The notes beneath the pieces are model-generated. The model did not search any database. It was not told where the DNA came from and saw only the letters and a list, made by a program, of their open reading frames with translations. A DNA stretch of 14,947 bases, taken from positions 1 to 14,947 of the forward strand of contig JBNKCR010000080.1 of assembly GCA_050287845.1 (NCBI GenBank). The letters are read 5' to 3'. The position numbers and the translations under genes were made by a program. This document shows positions 6,435-14,947 of this stretch, piece by piece. Every line of letters begins with the position of its first letter. Position 1 is the first letter of the stretch. The stretch is from Polyangia bacterium. Lineage in GTDB: Bacteria; Myxococcota_A; Polyangia; JAAYKL01.

Positions 6435-9197
6435 ATGAGCACAATACAGCAAACGAGGAAACGGGAATCGGTTAAGGAACCCATCTCGGGCGCCACCTAT
6501 TCCGGCAATGGACTGAAATTTTCCAGAAAAATGACTCGTGTCGGGGAACATCCATACGACTTGATCGCCTGGGAGTATCGAACCGCCAGTATCACCAATG
6601 ATAAGGGTAAAAAAATACTGGATATGACCGATGTTGAAGTCCCTTCATTCTGGAGCCAGCTTGCCACCAACGTAGTTGTGTCTAAATATTTCCGAAGCAC
6701 CTCCGAAGCATCGGAGCGAGAAACGTCTGTCCGGCAAATCATCGACCGCGTGGTAAACTGCATCTGTACCTGGGGACGCAAAGACGGCTATTTCGCATCT
6801 GAACACGACGCAGAAACCTTTGAGCATGAACTGGTTCATATTCTTGTCCATCAGATGGCCACGTTCAACAGCCCGGTCTGGTTCAACGTGGGAATTGATG
6901 AACACCCTCAGGCGTCGGCATGTTTCATCAATTCCGTCGACGACACCATGGAGTCCATCATGGAGTTGGCGGGAACCGAAGCGCACCTCTTCAAGGGCGG
7001 ATCGGGCTCCGGAACAAATCTTTCCAGCATCCGCTCCTCCCGGGAATATCTTTCCACCGGTGGGAAGGCATCCGGCCCGGTATCATTCATGCGCGGATTC
7101 GATGCGTTCGCCGGCGTGATAAAAAGCGGTGGCAAAACCCGCCGGGCGGCCAAAATGGTTATCCTCAACGCACACCATCCGGACATCAGAGAATTCATTG
7201 ACTGTAAGGTTCATGAAGAGAAGAAGGCCTGGGCCCTCATTGATGCGGGATATGGCGGCGACATCAACGGTGAAGCCTATGGGTCCGTCTTTTTTCAGAA
7301 TTCCAATAATTCCGTTCGCGCCAGAGACTCTTTCATGGAAGCGGTAGTCAATGACACCGAGTACGAAACGATATCAGTAAAAAGCGGCAAGCCGGTAGAA
7401 AAACTGCGCGCCCGTGAGGTCATGCAAAAAATTGCCGAAGCCACACATCTCTGTGGTGATCCGGGTATGCAGTATGACGATGCCTGCAACCGCTGGCACA
7501 CCTGCAAAAACTCCGGCCGGATTAACGCATCCAACCCCTGCTCCGAATATATGTTCCTTGATAATTCCGCCTGCAATCTGGCGTCCCTCAATCTGATGCG
7601 ATTTGTGAATGCCGACGGCGATTTTGATATTGATATGTTCAAACACGTGGTGGACATCATGATCACCGCTCAGGATATTTTCGTGGACAACGCCCAGTAT
7701 CCCACCCAAAAAATAGAGCTGAACAGTCATCTCTACCGACCGCTGGGGCTCGGGTATGCCAACCTCGGGGCGTTGCTGATGCGCCGGGGAATTCCCTACG
7801 ACAGCGATGCCGGCCGTGCCTACGCTGCCGGCATTACCGCGTTGATGACCGGTGAAGCCTACGCCCAATCGTCCAGAATGGCCTCAGCCATTGGCGCATT
7901 TGAACACTACACTCAAAACGCCGAGCCAATGCTGGAAGTCATGCAGATGCACCGGAACGCCGTGGACGACATTGATGAGGAACTGGGGTCACCATGGATC
8001 ATTGAGGCGGCCAAACAGGTGTGGGAAAACGCCATCGCCATCGGCTCCAAAAAAGGATTCCGCAACTCACAGACCACTGTTCTGGCGCCAACCGGCACCA
8101 TCGCATTCATGATGGACTGCGACACCACGGGCGTTGAACCGGACATCGCTCTGGTAAAATACAAAAACCTCGTTGGCGGCGGTGTACTCAAGATTGTCAA
8201 CAACTCGGTTTTCGCGGCGCTTCAGCGTCTGGGATACGAAAACGGCGAAGCCCAGGACATCGTGGACTTCATCGATCAGACTGGCACAATAGAAGGTGCG
8301 CCCGGACTCCGGGACGAACATCTCCCGGTCTTTGACTGCGCATTCAAGGCGGAAAAAGGAGAACGAAGCATTGAGCCCGGTGGTCACATTCGGATGATGG
8401 CGGCTGTTCAGCCATTCATTTCCGGCGCGATTTCCAAAACAGTGAATATGCCCGCCAATGCCACTCCCCAGAACATTTTTGATGCCTATGTGGATGCATG
8501 GAAACTGGGACTCAAGGCAGTGGCTATTTATCGCGATGGCTCCAAGCGTACCCAGCCGCTGCAGCTCAAGGAAGGGTCAACCGATTCCCCGGCTGCCAGT
8601 GAAGCACTCGACTACGACACCACCCGTTCCAGGCGCCATCTGCCGGACGAGCGTCAGAGTATCACTCACAAGTTCGACATCTCGGGCCACGAGGGCTACA
8701 TCACCGCAGGCCTGTACGACGACGGCAAGGTCGGCGAAATTTTCATTCGCATGGCCAAGGAAGGCTCCGTGGTTTCCGGACTGATGGATTCATTCGCCAC
8801 TGCCATTTCGCTGGCGCTGCAGTATGGGGTGCCGCTGGAAGTACTGGTGGACAAATTCAGTCATACCCGGTTCGAACCGTCCGGAATTACTCGGAATCCA
8901 GAAATTCCCATTGCCAAATCGATCATGGACTATATCTTCCGATGGCTCAATCTGAGATTTCTGAAACCTGCAGAAAACGCTCACCAGCTGGTTCAGGGAC
9001 TTACCAGTTTTCCACCAGCGTCCGCAACTGGACAAAGCGACATCAGCGACAGTCTCGCGCCACCCGCTCCCCAATCGATGATCGGGTTCCAGGCCGAAGT
9101 GGATGCGCCACCCTGCCCCGAATGCGGTTCCATCATGGTGCGCAACGGCTCATGCCATCGCTGCATCAATTGCGGTTCCACATCCGGTTGCTCTTGA
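6435..9197 (+). CDS. nrdJ: Vitamin B12-dependent (class II) ribonucleotide reductase with C-terminal TSCPD-like domain and Cys-rich tail
   Basis: FNSPVWFNVG, SACFI, GGKTRRAAKM, catalytic ASNPCSEY, ACNLASLN, LAPTGTI, SGAISKTVN, YRDGSK. C-terminal CPECG...CHRCINCGSTSGCS. ATG at 6435 with AGGAG RBS. 920 aa. Confidence 0.96.
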   Translation: MSTIQQTRKRESVKEPISGATYSGNGLKFSRKMTRVGEHPYDLIAWEYRTASITNDKGKKILDMTDVEVPSFWSQLATNVVVSKYFRSTSEASERETSVRQIIDRVVNCICTWGRKDGYFASEHDAETFEHELVHILVHQMATFNSPVWFNVGIDEHPQASACFINSVDDTMESIMELAGTEAHLFKGGSGSGTNLSSIRSSREYLSTGGKASGPVSFMRGFDAFAGVIKSGGKTRRAAKMVILNAHHPDIREFIDCKVHEEKKAWALIDAGYGGDINGEAYGSVFFQNSNNSVRARDSFMEAVVNDTEYETISVKSGKPVEKLRAREVMQKIAEATHLCGDPGMQYDDACNRWHTCKNSGRINASNPCSEYMFLDNSACNLASLNLMRFVNADGDFDIDMFKHVVDIMITAQDIFVDNAQYPTQKIELNSHLYRPLGLGYANLGALLMRRGIPYDSDAGRAYAAGITALMTGEAYAQSSRMASAIGAFEHYTQNAEPMLEVMQMHRNAVDDIDEELGSPWIIEAAKQVWENAIAIGSKKGFRNSQTTVLAPTGTIAFMMDCDTTGVEPDIALVKYKNLVGGGVLKIVNNSVFAALQRLGYENGEAQDIVDFIDQTGTIEGAPGLRDEHLPVFDCAFKAEKGERSIEPGGHIRMMAAVQPFISGAISKTVNMPANATPQNIFDAYVDAWKLGLKAVAIYRDGSKRTQPLQLKEGSTDSPAASEALDYDTTRSRRHLPDERQSITHKFDISGHEGYITAGLYDDGKVGEIFIRMAKEGSVVSGLMDSFATAISLALQYGVPLEVLVDKFSHTRFEPSGITRNPEIPIAKSIMDYIFRWLNLRFLKPAENAHQLVQGLTSFPPASATGQSDISDSLAPPAPQSMIGFQAEVDAPPCPECGSIMVRNGSCHRCINCGSTSGCS

Positions 9198-9245
9198 GTT
9201 CATATTCTACTCCTCAACCATTCTGTAACACGCTATAACCGCTCC

Positions 9246-10655
9246 ATGACGAACGTACTACAACGACTCGAAGATCTCAGTTCAGAGCAATTCATTCACA
9301 TGAGCGGTATCGGTGGCAGCGCCATGAACGGTCTCGCGGTTCTGCTTACCCAACGCGGCTACCGGGTTCGCGGCACAGATCCATCCATTGATGCGGCCAC
9401 GATGGCACGTTTGCAACTCCACGGCATTGAGGTATCCACCATCCAGGATGGCTCTGCCCTTTCACCGGACACCCAACTGGTGGTGACCACTGCCGCCTTG
9501 CCGAAAAACCATCCGGAACTCGTCGTTGCCAGACAGCAATCCATTCCGATTCTGAAATATGCGGCCATGTTGGGCGTCGTCATGAATTCAAACACCGGGA
9601 TTGCGGTTGCCGGTACCCACGGCAAAACCACGACCACCGCAATGATCGTATCAGCGTTGCGCGGCGCCGGAAGGGATCCCGGGTTTGTCATTGGCGGATA
9701 TGTGGATCAATTCGGGGCAGGCGCGTACGGTGGCAGAGACTGTTTTGTGGCAGAAGCCTGCGAATACGATCGTTCATTTCTCAACCTCAAACCCAGCATC
9801 GCGCTCATTACCAATATCGAGGCGGATCACCTGGACATCTACAGCGGTATCGACGACATCATCGACAGCTTTTCTGCTTTCTCTCAGAATATCCGAAAAG
9901 ACGGTTGCCTTGTATACTGCGCGGAAAGCCCGGCGGCCCGAACGCTGGTCAGGCACTTCAACGGTCGCAGCATCAGTTATGGCTTTAAAGATGCAGAATA
10001 TATAGCCACAGATATAATAAACAGGGACGGAGCACTTTCATTCACCATTCAACATCAGAATCATCCGGTCAGTACCCTAACCCTGAAGCTTCCGGGAAGG
10101 CACAATGTACTCAACGCGCTCGGGGCTTTCTGCGCGGGAATACAGCTGGGATGCACCCCCGAATCCCTGTCTTTGGGATTGTCTGACTTCACTGGAGTGC
10201 AACGCCGGTTTGAGACCATCGGCGCAGCAAATGGTATTCATATCATTGATGACTATGCCCATCATCCAACAGAGATTCAGGCCCTTCTTGAAGGTGCACG
10301 GGACCGGTTTCCCGATGCACGCATTGTCGTTGCCTTTCAACCCCATCAGATTTCCAGAACCAAATTTTTCTTCAATGATTTTGCAGCATCTTTTGGATTG
10401 GCGGATAAAGTGTTCCTACCAGATATTTATGTCGCCCGGGACACGGAAGCTCCCCCGGAAATCACATCTGAAAAACTGGCGGAGCGCATGAAAAACAACC
10501 ACACCGATGCCGAGTACACCCGCAACTTTGATGAAACCGCAAAACGGGCTACAACATTTCTTCGGTCTGGAGACCTCTTTATCACTGTTGGCGCCGGAAA
10601 CATCCATGATGTCGCCCACCGCGTTCTGGATATACTGAATCAGAAATCCAGCTGA
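9246..10655 (+). CDS. murC: UDP-N-acetylmuramate--L-alanine ligase
   Basis: IHMSGIGGSAM, P-loop AVAGTHGKTTTT, EACEYDRSFL, TNIEADHLD, GVQRRFE, DDYAHHPTEI, FQPH and GAGNI. These motifs fit MurC better than Mpl. Confidence 0.9.
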   Translation: MTNVLQRLEDLSSEQFIHMSGIGGSAMNGLAVLLTQRGYRVRGTDPSIDAATMARLQLHGIEVSTIQDGSALSPDTQLVVTTAALPKNHPELVVARQQSIPILKYAAMLGVVMNSNTGIAVAGTHGKTTTTAMIVSALRGAGRDPGFVIGGYVDQFGAGAYGGRDCFVAEACEYDRSFLNLKPSIALITNIEADHLDIYSGIDDIIDSFSAFSQNIRKDGCLVYCAESPAARTLVRHFNGRSISYGFKDAEYIATDIINRDGALSFTIQHQNHPVSTLTLKLPGRHNVLNALGAFCAGIQLGCTPESLSLGLSDFTGVQRRFETIGAANGIHIIDDYAHHPTEIQALLEGARDRFPDARIVVAFQPHQISRTKFFFNDFAASFGLADKVFLPDIYVARDTEAPPEITSEKLAERMKNNHTDAEYTRNFDETAKRATTFLRSGDLFITVGAGNIHDVAHRVLDILNQKSS

Positions 10656-10671
10656 CCAACTCGCGTCTGGA

Positions 10672-13152
10672 TTATTTTCTCTCCATGCGGACATGACGGG
10701 GTAATGGCGGAGGCGGAGAATGATACAACTGAGAATACCGGACAAAATTCTGATACACGCGTCTTACATAATTTCGAGTCTGAGCAAAACCGGCTTTTTC
10801 CACAAACACATCGGTTGAAAACTCACCGGAGCGGCTCAGCCATCGTTTTACGGCTCGCGCACCACCATTATACGCCATGATGACCAGCGGAATATTTCCT
10901 TCAAATTGCTCCAGAAGTTGCGCCAATTCAAATCCACCGGCGATAATCGACTCTGCCGGAGTTGGGAGTGCGCCGACACCCAGCTCAGGCAAACCGGCAC
11001 GCTTTCGATTTGCCTCGTATGTGGTCGGCATCATCTGCATCATACCCATGGCTCCGGCATATGAGACGGCATGGGGATCAAACAGACTTTCCTTTCGCGC
11101 AATGGCATAAATAAGGTATGGCGGCAACGAGTGACGTGTCTCCTGTTCCATAACCAGAGAGGCGTAGGGTGTCGGATAAGCCACATATGCCAGCCACTGA
11201 TCAGATGTGTCTGTATTCTCCCAGTCCAATCCGGCACTCGCATTCCGAATCGCGTACTGCGGTGCATCCAGTTGCTGATAATGGAGGATGAAATCCGCTC
11301 TCGACGCGGGGGACTTTTTTGCCTTATCCACAGCGTAAAGCGCCTCGGCAGCTGGACGGAACAGCCCCATTGATGCAAAAAGCGCCGCTCGACTGGAAAT
11401 CTGGGCAAGCGGCATCTCAGGCGTCTTTTTCGGAAACGAATTTTCCAATTTCTGTGAAAGTTCTCCCTCCGTCTCGCTGGTGTATTTTCCAGACTTCTTC
11501 CCCGATTCCTCCGTCCCCTGCCCGGTATCCACCCCTGGCTTCGTCCCCGTTCCCGTCCTCCTCTTCCCGATCTCTTTCCGAGCTTTCGCGTCACCCGACA
11601 CCGTATCCGGAAGCACCATGGCGCACCCGTCTGTGGTTAATCCGGCATCATGCAGTCGAATGCCGGCAAACAGGGCATACCAGCTCGTCGAATCTGAACG
11701 ACACAGCTCTCTCAGCGCATTGGCGCCCCTGTCCTTGTCTATCATCAGCAAAGAAACTGCACTCCAGTATCGGTTGCGTACAACTGCCTCCCGACTTCCG
11801 GAGCCAACGGATGCCGCATCAAAAAACTCCCCGGCTTCGCTGTATCGTTTCAACAGAAACGCAGACATGCCTGCCAGAAATAATGCATCTCTTTCCGTTC
11901 CACCAGTCAACCGGTTCCGGCGCCTGTGTTTGCCATCCCCCACCAGCGCCTGAAAATTCCGAAGCGCCTGTTTGTGTTTACCGAGATAGTACTCCAACCG
12001 GGCAGCCTGAAATCGGGCCTCTGCTGCGCGCCTGTCATTCGCGGTCTTGCCTGCATACCCCCGAAAGGCAACAATCGCTGCTTCATCCCTATCCATTCTG
12101 GCAAGCGCGCGCGCAGACATGAAGGCAGCATCATCACTATGGGAACCGCCATCCCTTGCCACTTTTAAAAGTATTTCCATCGCTTCGGCATAATGATTGC
12201 GTCGACTGAAAAGGACCCGCGCCTTTTGCCACCTCAACTCATTTTTCACCTCCGAAGATGCAGTCTCCTTTTCGAGATCACTCATCGCCAGAAGGGCATC
12301 GTCCCAACTCTTGCTGGCCGCAAGTTGCTCAATGCGCGTCATTTTTTCTGAAGTGGACCACCGGGGCAGCAACCCATTTTCGTGAAGCAGTGTATAAGCG
12401 TCTTTCAGAATCTTCTTTCGATTTGAATGGAGCGCCAACGGCGCAAGTATTTCCACTGCTTCATCGGGATGTTCATCGCCAATCAGCGCCCGACCCATTT
12501 TCACCCTGAGCGAATCACTTCTGTCAGGGCCCGCCAGTTTTTTCGCCATATCGAAGCTGGCATACGCCCCATCGTATTCACCGACGACCAGCTGACAATC
12601 CCCTCTTTTTTCCAACAAATCTCTCTGTTCACTTTTCGCCAGTCCCGGCGGTTCAATCAATTCAGCAACAATTGTAATGACCTCGTCGCAGCGACCCAGC
12701 TCTTCGAGTGCATTTATCAGAAGCTTCTTCGCCCGAAAGCGCAAATCAGAATGACTGTATCGGATATCCGCGGACAATAGCGAGACGACTCCGGTGTAAT
12801 TCTTCTTTGCGAACTCCGCCAATGCCCCAAGATATCTCGTTTTATCTGACAGCAGCACAATTCCATCGAGTTTGGCAAGGGCTTCATCGTATCTGCCCAG
12901 CTCCACGTCCCGGCCCACTGACACCAAATCCACATCGGTATCCACAGACTTCGTTCCGGCTTGCCTCTTTTCGCTTTCCAACGATACGGGCATCTCCGTT
13001 TCTGTATCTGCGCCAACCGCTTCACTGTTCCTTCTGGCACAGCTGCATCCGGCGCCACAGCCCAGTTGAAAAAACACTGCAACAGAAAGCGGCAGCAAAA
13101 ACTGCGAAACAATCCCTCTTCCCGAATGAACCTGACGTCTGAATCTCAGCAA
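10672..13152 (-). CDS. Large lytic transglycosylase (Slt70-like) with TPR-like helical repeats, probably exported or a lipoprotein
   Basis: C-terminal SLT motifs IARKES (catalytic Glu), AVSYAGAMGMMQMM, AYNGG and QTRNYVRRV. Long helical repeat region. N-terminal basic and hydrophobic stretch with Cys residues (LGCGAGCSC). The start is uncertain (TTG at 13152). Confidence 0.88.
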   Translation of the reverse strand: MLRFRRQVHSGRGIVSQFLLPLSVAVFFQLGCGAGCSCARRNSEAVGADTETEMPVSLESEKRQAGTKSVDTDVDLVSVGRDVELGRYDEALAKLDGIVLLSDKTRYLGALAEFAKKNYTGVVSLLSADIRYSHSDLRFRAKKLLINALEELGRCDEVITIVAELIEPPGLAKSEQRDLLEKRGDCQLVVGEYDGAYASFDMAKKLAGPDRSDSLRVKMGRALIGDEHPDEAVEILAPLALHSNRKKILKDAYTLLHENGLLPRWSTSEKMTRIEQLAASKSWDDALLAMSDLEKETASSEVKNELRWQKARVLFSRRNHYAEAMEILLKVARDGGSHSDDAAFMSARALARMDRDEAAIVAFRGYAGKTANDRRAAEARFQAARLEYYLGKHKQALRNFQALVGDGKHRRRNRLTGGTERDALFLAGMSAFLLKRYSEAGEFFDAASVGSGSREAVVRNRYWSAVSLLMIDKDRGANALRELCRSDSTSWYALFAGIRLHDAGLTTDGCAMVLPDTVSGDAKARKEIGKRRTGTGTKPGVDTGQGTEESGKKSGKYTSETEGELSQKLENSFPKKTPEMPLAQISSRAALFASMGLFRPAAEALYAVDKAKKSPASRADFILHYQQLDAPQYAIRNASAGLDWENTDTSDQWLAYVAYPTPYASLVMEQETRHSLPPYLIYAIARKESLFDPHAVSYAGAMGMMQMMPTTYEANRKRAGLPELGVGALPTPAESIIAGGFELAQLLEQFEGNIPLVIMAYNGGARAVKRWLSRSGEFSTDVFVEKAGFAQTRNYVRRVYQNFVRYSQLYHSPPPPLPRHVRMERK

Positions 13153-13311
13153 TATCCCTCTCCCGGTTAAATTTGACCCGCTGGTGAAATATTCGCTTTA
13201 GAAATGTCCCAATTGCAGAACCGAAAATCTGATATCACAATAGACATAAAAAAGCATGCTTTTACCCCGTAGAATCCCGGAATATATGAATCTACACAGT
13301 GCATTACCAGT

Positions 13312-13327
13312 TGGCACGAAACCTGCT
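13312..13327 (+). promoter_or_regulatory. Sigma54 (-24/-12) promoter
   Basis: TGGCAC-GAAAC-CTGCT against consensus TGGCAC-N5-TTGCW. GG and GC are correctly spaced, with one mismatch. Predicted start is near 13338. Confidence 0.7.
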
Positions 13328-13337
13328 AATACATTAA

Positions 13338-13470
13338 GTCAACCTCTTTTGTCAGGCGCAATTTCACCGTTACCTGCCTGGTGTTATTGCAATCGACGCT
13401 CAAGGACTAACCCACCCTCCGGTCCCTGCGTAAAGCATTGTTTTGGCTCTTACAGGGGACCCGTCTATCT
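13338..13470 (+). ncRNA. Candidate sigma54-dependent small RNA
   Basis: Follows the sigma54 promoter and has no credible ORF. Stem CAGGC/GCCTG (13353-13380), C-rich CCCACCCTCC (13411-13420) and a long stem GGTCCCTGCGTAAAGC/GCTCTTACAGGGGACC (13421-13461). Family not recognised and 3' end uncertain. Confidence 0.4.
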
Positions 13471-13629
13471 GCAATCTGACATCATACCCCAAAACTCATG
13501 CGAATCACTGCCCTCGAATAATGCGCATGAAGTGGATAGGCGTAGTTCAGTCACATCAAACTGCCCCTGCGATAGCTGAGCATACGTTTCTTCTCATTCA
13601 TTCAGGCCAGTAATTTTTCGATACCCCCG

Positions 13630-13638
13630 TGGTATGAT
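13630..13638 (+). promoter_or_regulatory. Extended -10 sigma70 element for the ACT-domain gene
   Basis: TG-G-TATGAT (TGn plus -10 hexamer), about 40 bp upstream of ATG 13679. Confidence 0.45.
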
Positions 13639-13678
13639 AATATGTGGCCCAAAGATCTGTTTCACCTGGAGGAACCCT

Positions 13679-14206
13679 ATGACAACGCAGATGGTGCTCT
13701 TTGCTATTGGTCCGGATAAACCGGGAATCGTATCCCGCATTTCGTCCATCATCCATGAAAACGGTGGTAACTTTGAAGATAGTCGGATGGCGACACTTGC
13801 CGGCGATTTTGCTCTCATCGTTCTCTTCTCCGCATGTCAGGATGCCATGGCAGCCATAAAGAAAGACTGTGCATCACTGGAAAGCCAGCTGTCCATCCGC
13901 TGTGAGTTCAGAACGCCAGGCCCCGCAGCGTCCTCTGTTTCGGCCAACCACTGGCATTTTGAGGCCACCGGCCACGATCAGCCTGGCATTGTCAGCCGCC
14001 TCAGCACCGCCATGGCCAATGCGGGCGTCAGTGTTATCAGCATGGATACATCAATGATTAATATAGCGTTTGTCGGCACACCCATGTTCAGGGTCCGTGG
14101 TGAAATCAGTATCCCGAAAACGCTGGATGCCGTTGTGCTGAGAGATACCCTTGAAGAGGTTTGCGAAGACATGGCACTGGTGCTGGAATTTACAAGAATA
14201 GAATAA
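13679..14206 (+). CDS. GcvR-like tandem ACT-domain protein (glycine cleavage system regulator family)
   Basis: Two ACT domains: AIGPDKPGIVSRIS...NFEDSRMATLAGDFALI and ATGHDQPGIVSRLS...GTPMF. GGAGG RBS at 13668-13672. Confidence 0.88.
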   Translation: MTTQMVLFAIGPDKPGIVSRISSIIHENGGNFEDSRMATLAGDFALIVLFSACQDAMAAIKKDCASLESQLSIRCEFRTPGPAASSVSANHWHFEATGHDQPGIVSRLSTAMANAGVSVISMDTSMINIAFVGTPMFRVRGEISIPKTLDAVVLRDTLEEVCEDMALVLEFTRIE

Positions 14207-14318
14207 CACTTCCAAAATACTCGGTAAATCATCCGTGTGCAGATGCATGAAAGCGACTGTTTATTCGGCTACGCCATTCGCAACAACGGACGAAGCCAAT
14301 GTTCATCCGCTTCCAAGG

Positions 14319-14537
14319 CGTAAGGGGACGAGCGTAGGAGCGTAGGGGGCGAGGGGGACCGTAGGGGAACGGGGACCGTAGGGGGACGACCGTAGACCGT
14401 AGCGACCGTAGAACCGTAGGACCGGACCGTAGGGGGACGGAGCAACAAATAGGACCGTAGGGGGACGGAGCAACAAAGGACCGTAGGGGACGGAGCAACA
14501 ATTAGGGGCGGGCCCAACAATTAGGGGCGGGCCGTAG
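14319..14537 (+). repeat. G-rich degenerate direct-repeat tract built on CGTAG/GGGGAC units
   Basis: Twelve CGTAG anchors. Three near-identical GGACCGTAG(G)GGGACGGAGCAACAA units and two CAACAATTAGGGGCGGGCC units. Confidence 0.85.
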
Positions 14538-14799
14538 AATTCCAGGCTCGATTGTGTTGTTCCGGATGATGTCAACCGACACCGTCGAATTAAACCCAAA
14601 AAAAATGCCGACATTTTTGAAATTTCGATTCGAACTTCTGAATGTTTTATTTGAATTATGATCAATTTATGATTGGTATGAAATTTTTTACACTACCCAG
14701 CACCCAGCACTGCATCAACAGGTACTTTCCAGGAAGGGGCATCCCGTTCAAGGTGCTTCCGGGTTGGCTTCGATGTGTGCTGAATGAATGAGCGGACGC

Positions 14800-14947
14800 T
14801 CAGTCCGGACCGGTGCGTTCCTGTGCTCGGCTCAGAAGATCATAAATACATTGGCTGCCGGTTTCATACATGGACAAATCGATAACGTCTTCATCCGGTG
14901 CGTCGTCAAGCAGATGATGGCGCCGCAGATAGGCATCCATGAGCGAG
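14800..14947 (-). CDS. 3' end of an unidentified protein, partial and running off the window
   Basis: Open minus-strand frame from the window edge: SLMDAYLRRHHLLDDAPDEDVIDLSMYETGSQCIYDLLSRAQERTGPD*, stop at 14800-14802. Composition is protein-like. Confidence 0.55.
   Translation of the reverse strand, partial: SLMDAYLRRHHLLDDAPDEDVIDLSMYETGSQCIYDLLSRAQERTGPD

Noticed and set aside
6435..9197. Intein or intron in nrdJ
   Set aside because: The catalytic motifs are contiguous at normal spacing, the length is ordinary, and no splicing motifs were seen.
1596..12780. Numerous antisense or alternate-frame ORFs (e.g. 1596..2390, 7374..7868, 11319..12122)
   Set aside because: They are shadows of well-supported genes and carry no independent motifs.
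13256..13579. 107-aa ORF in the SLT/ACT intergenic region
   Set aside because: It has no RBS and no recognisable motif, and it spans the sigma54 promoter and the stem-loops.
14319..14537. CRISPR array
   Set aside because: There are no constant-length repeats with unique spacers, and no cas genes in the window.
14229..14665. Three minus-strand Pro/Arg-rich ORFs
   Set aside because: They are translations of the repeat tract, which is open in all three minus frames because of its low complexity.
14714..14769. Integron attC site (CAAC...GTTG hairpin)
   Set aside because: The R boxes deviate from RYYYAAC/GTTRRRY, the L-box spacing does not fit, and there is no cassette array or integrase.

Overview
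Bacterial chromosomal window. Gene styles suggest a deltaproteobacterial/Myxococcota-like anaerobe (inference). Left block (+): a corrinoid (B12-binding) protein, an internally deleted URO-D/MtaA-type methyltransferase remnant, a hybrid sensor histidine kinase and a class I SAM methyltransferase. This looks like a corrinoid-coupled signalling module that has lost its MT2-type subunit. Centre: ftsE-ftsX-(EnvC-like coiled coil with no catalytic domain) on the minus strand, divergent from class II ribonucleotide reductase nrdJ. Their shared intergenic region carries two NrdR boxes, an 11-bp-phased DnaA-box array and a LexA-like palindrome. Right: an orphan murC, a convergent large TPR-like/SLT lytic transglycosylase, a sigma54 promoter followed by a structured ORF-free region (candidate sRNA), a GcvR-like ACT protein, a G-rich CGTAG-anchored repeat tract, a long hairpin and the 3' end of an unknown gene. 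All family calls come from motif recognition by eye. No searches were run.
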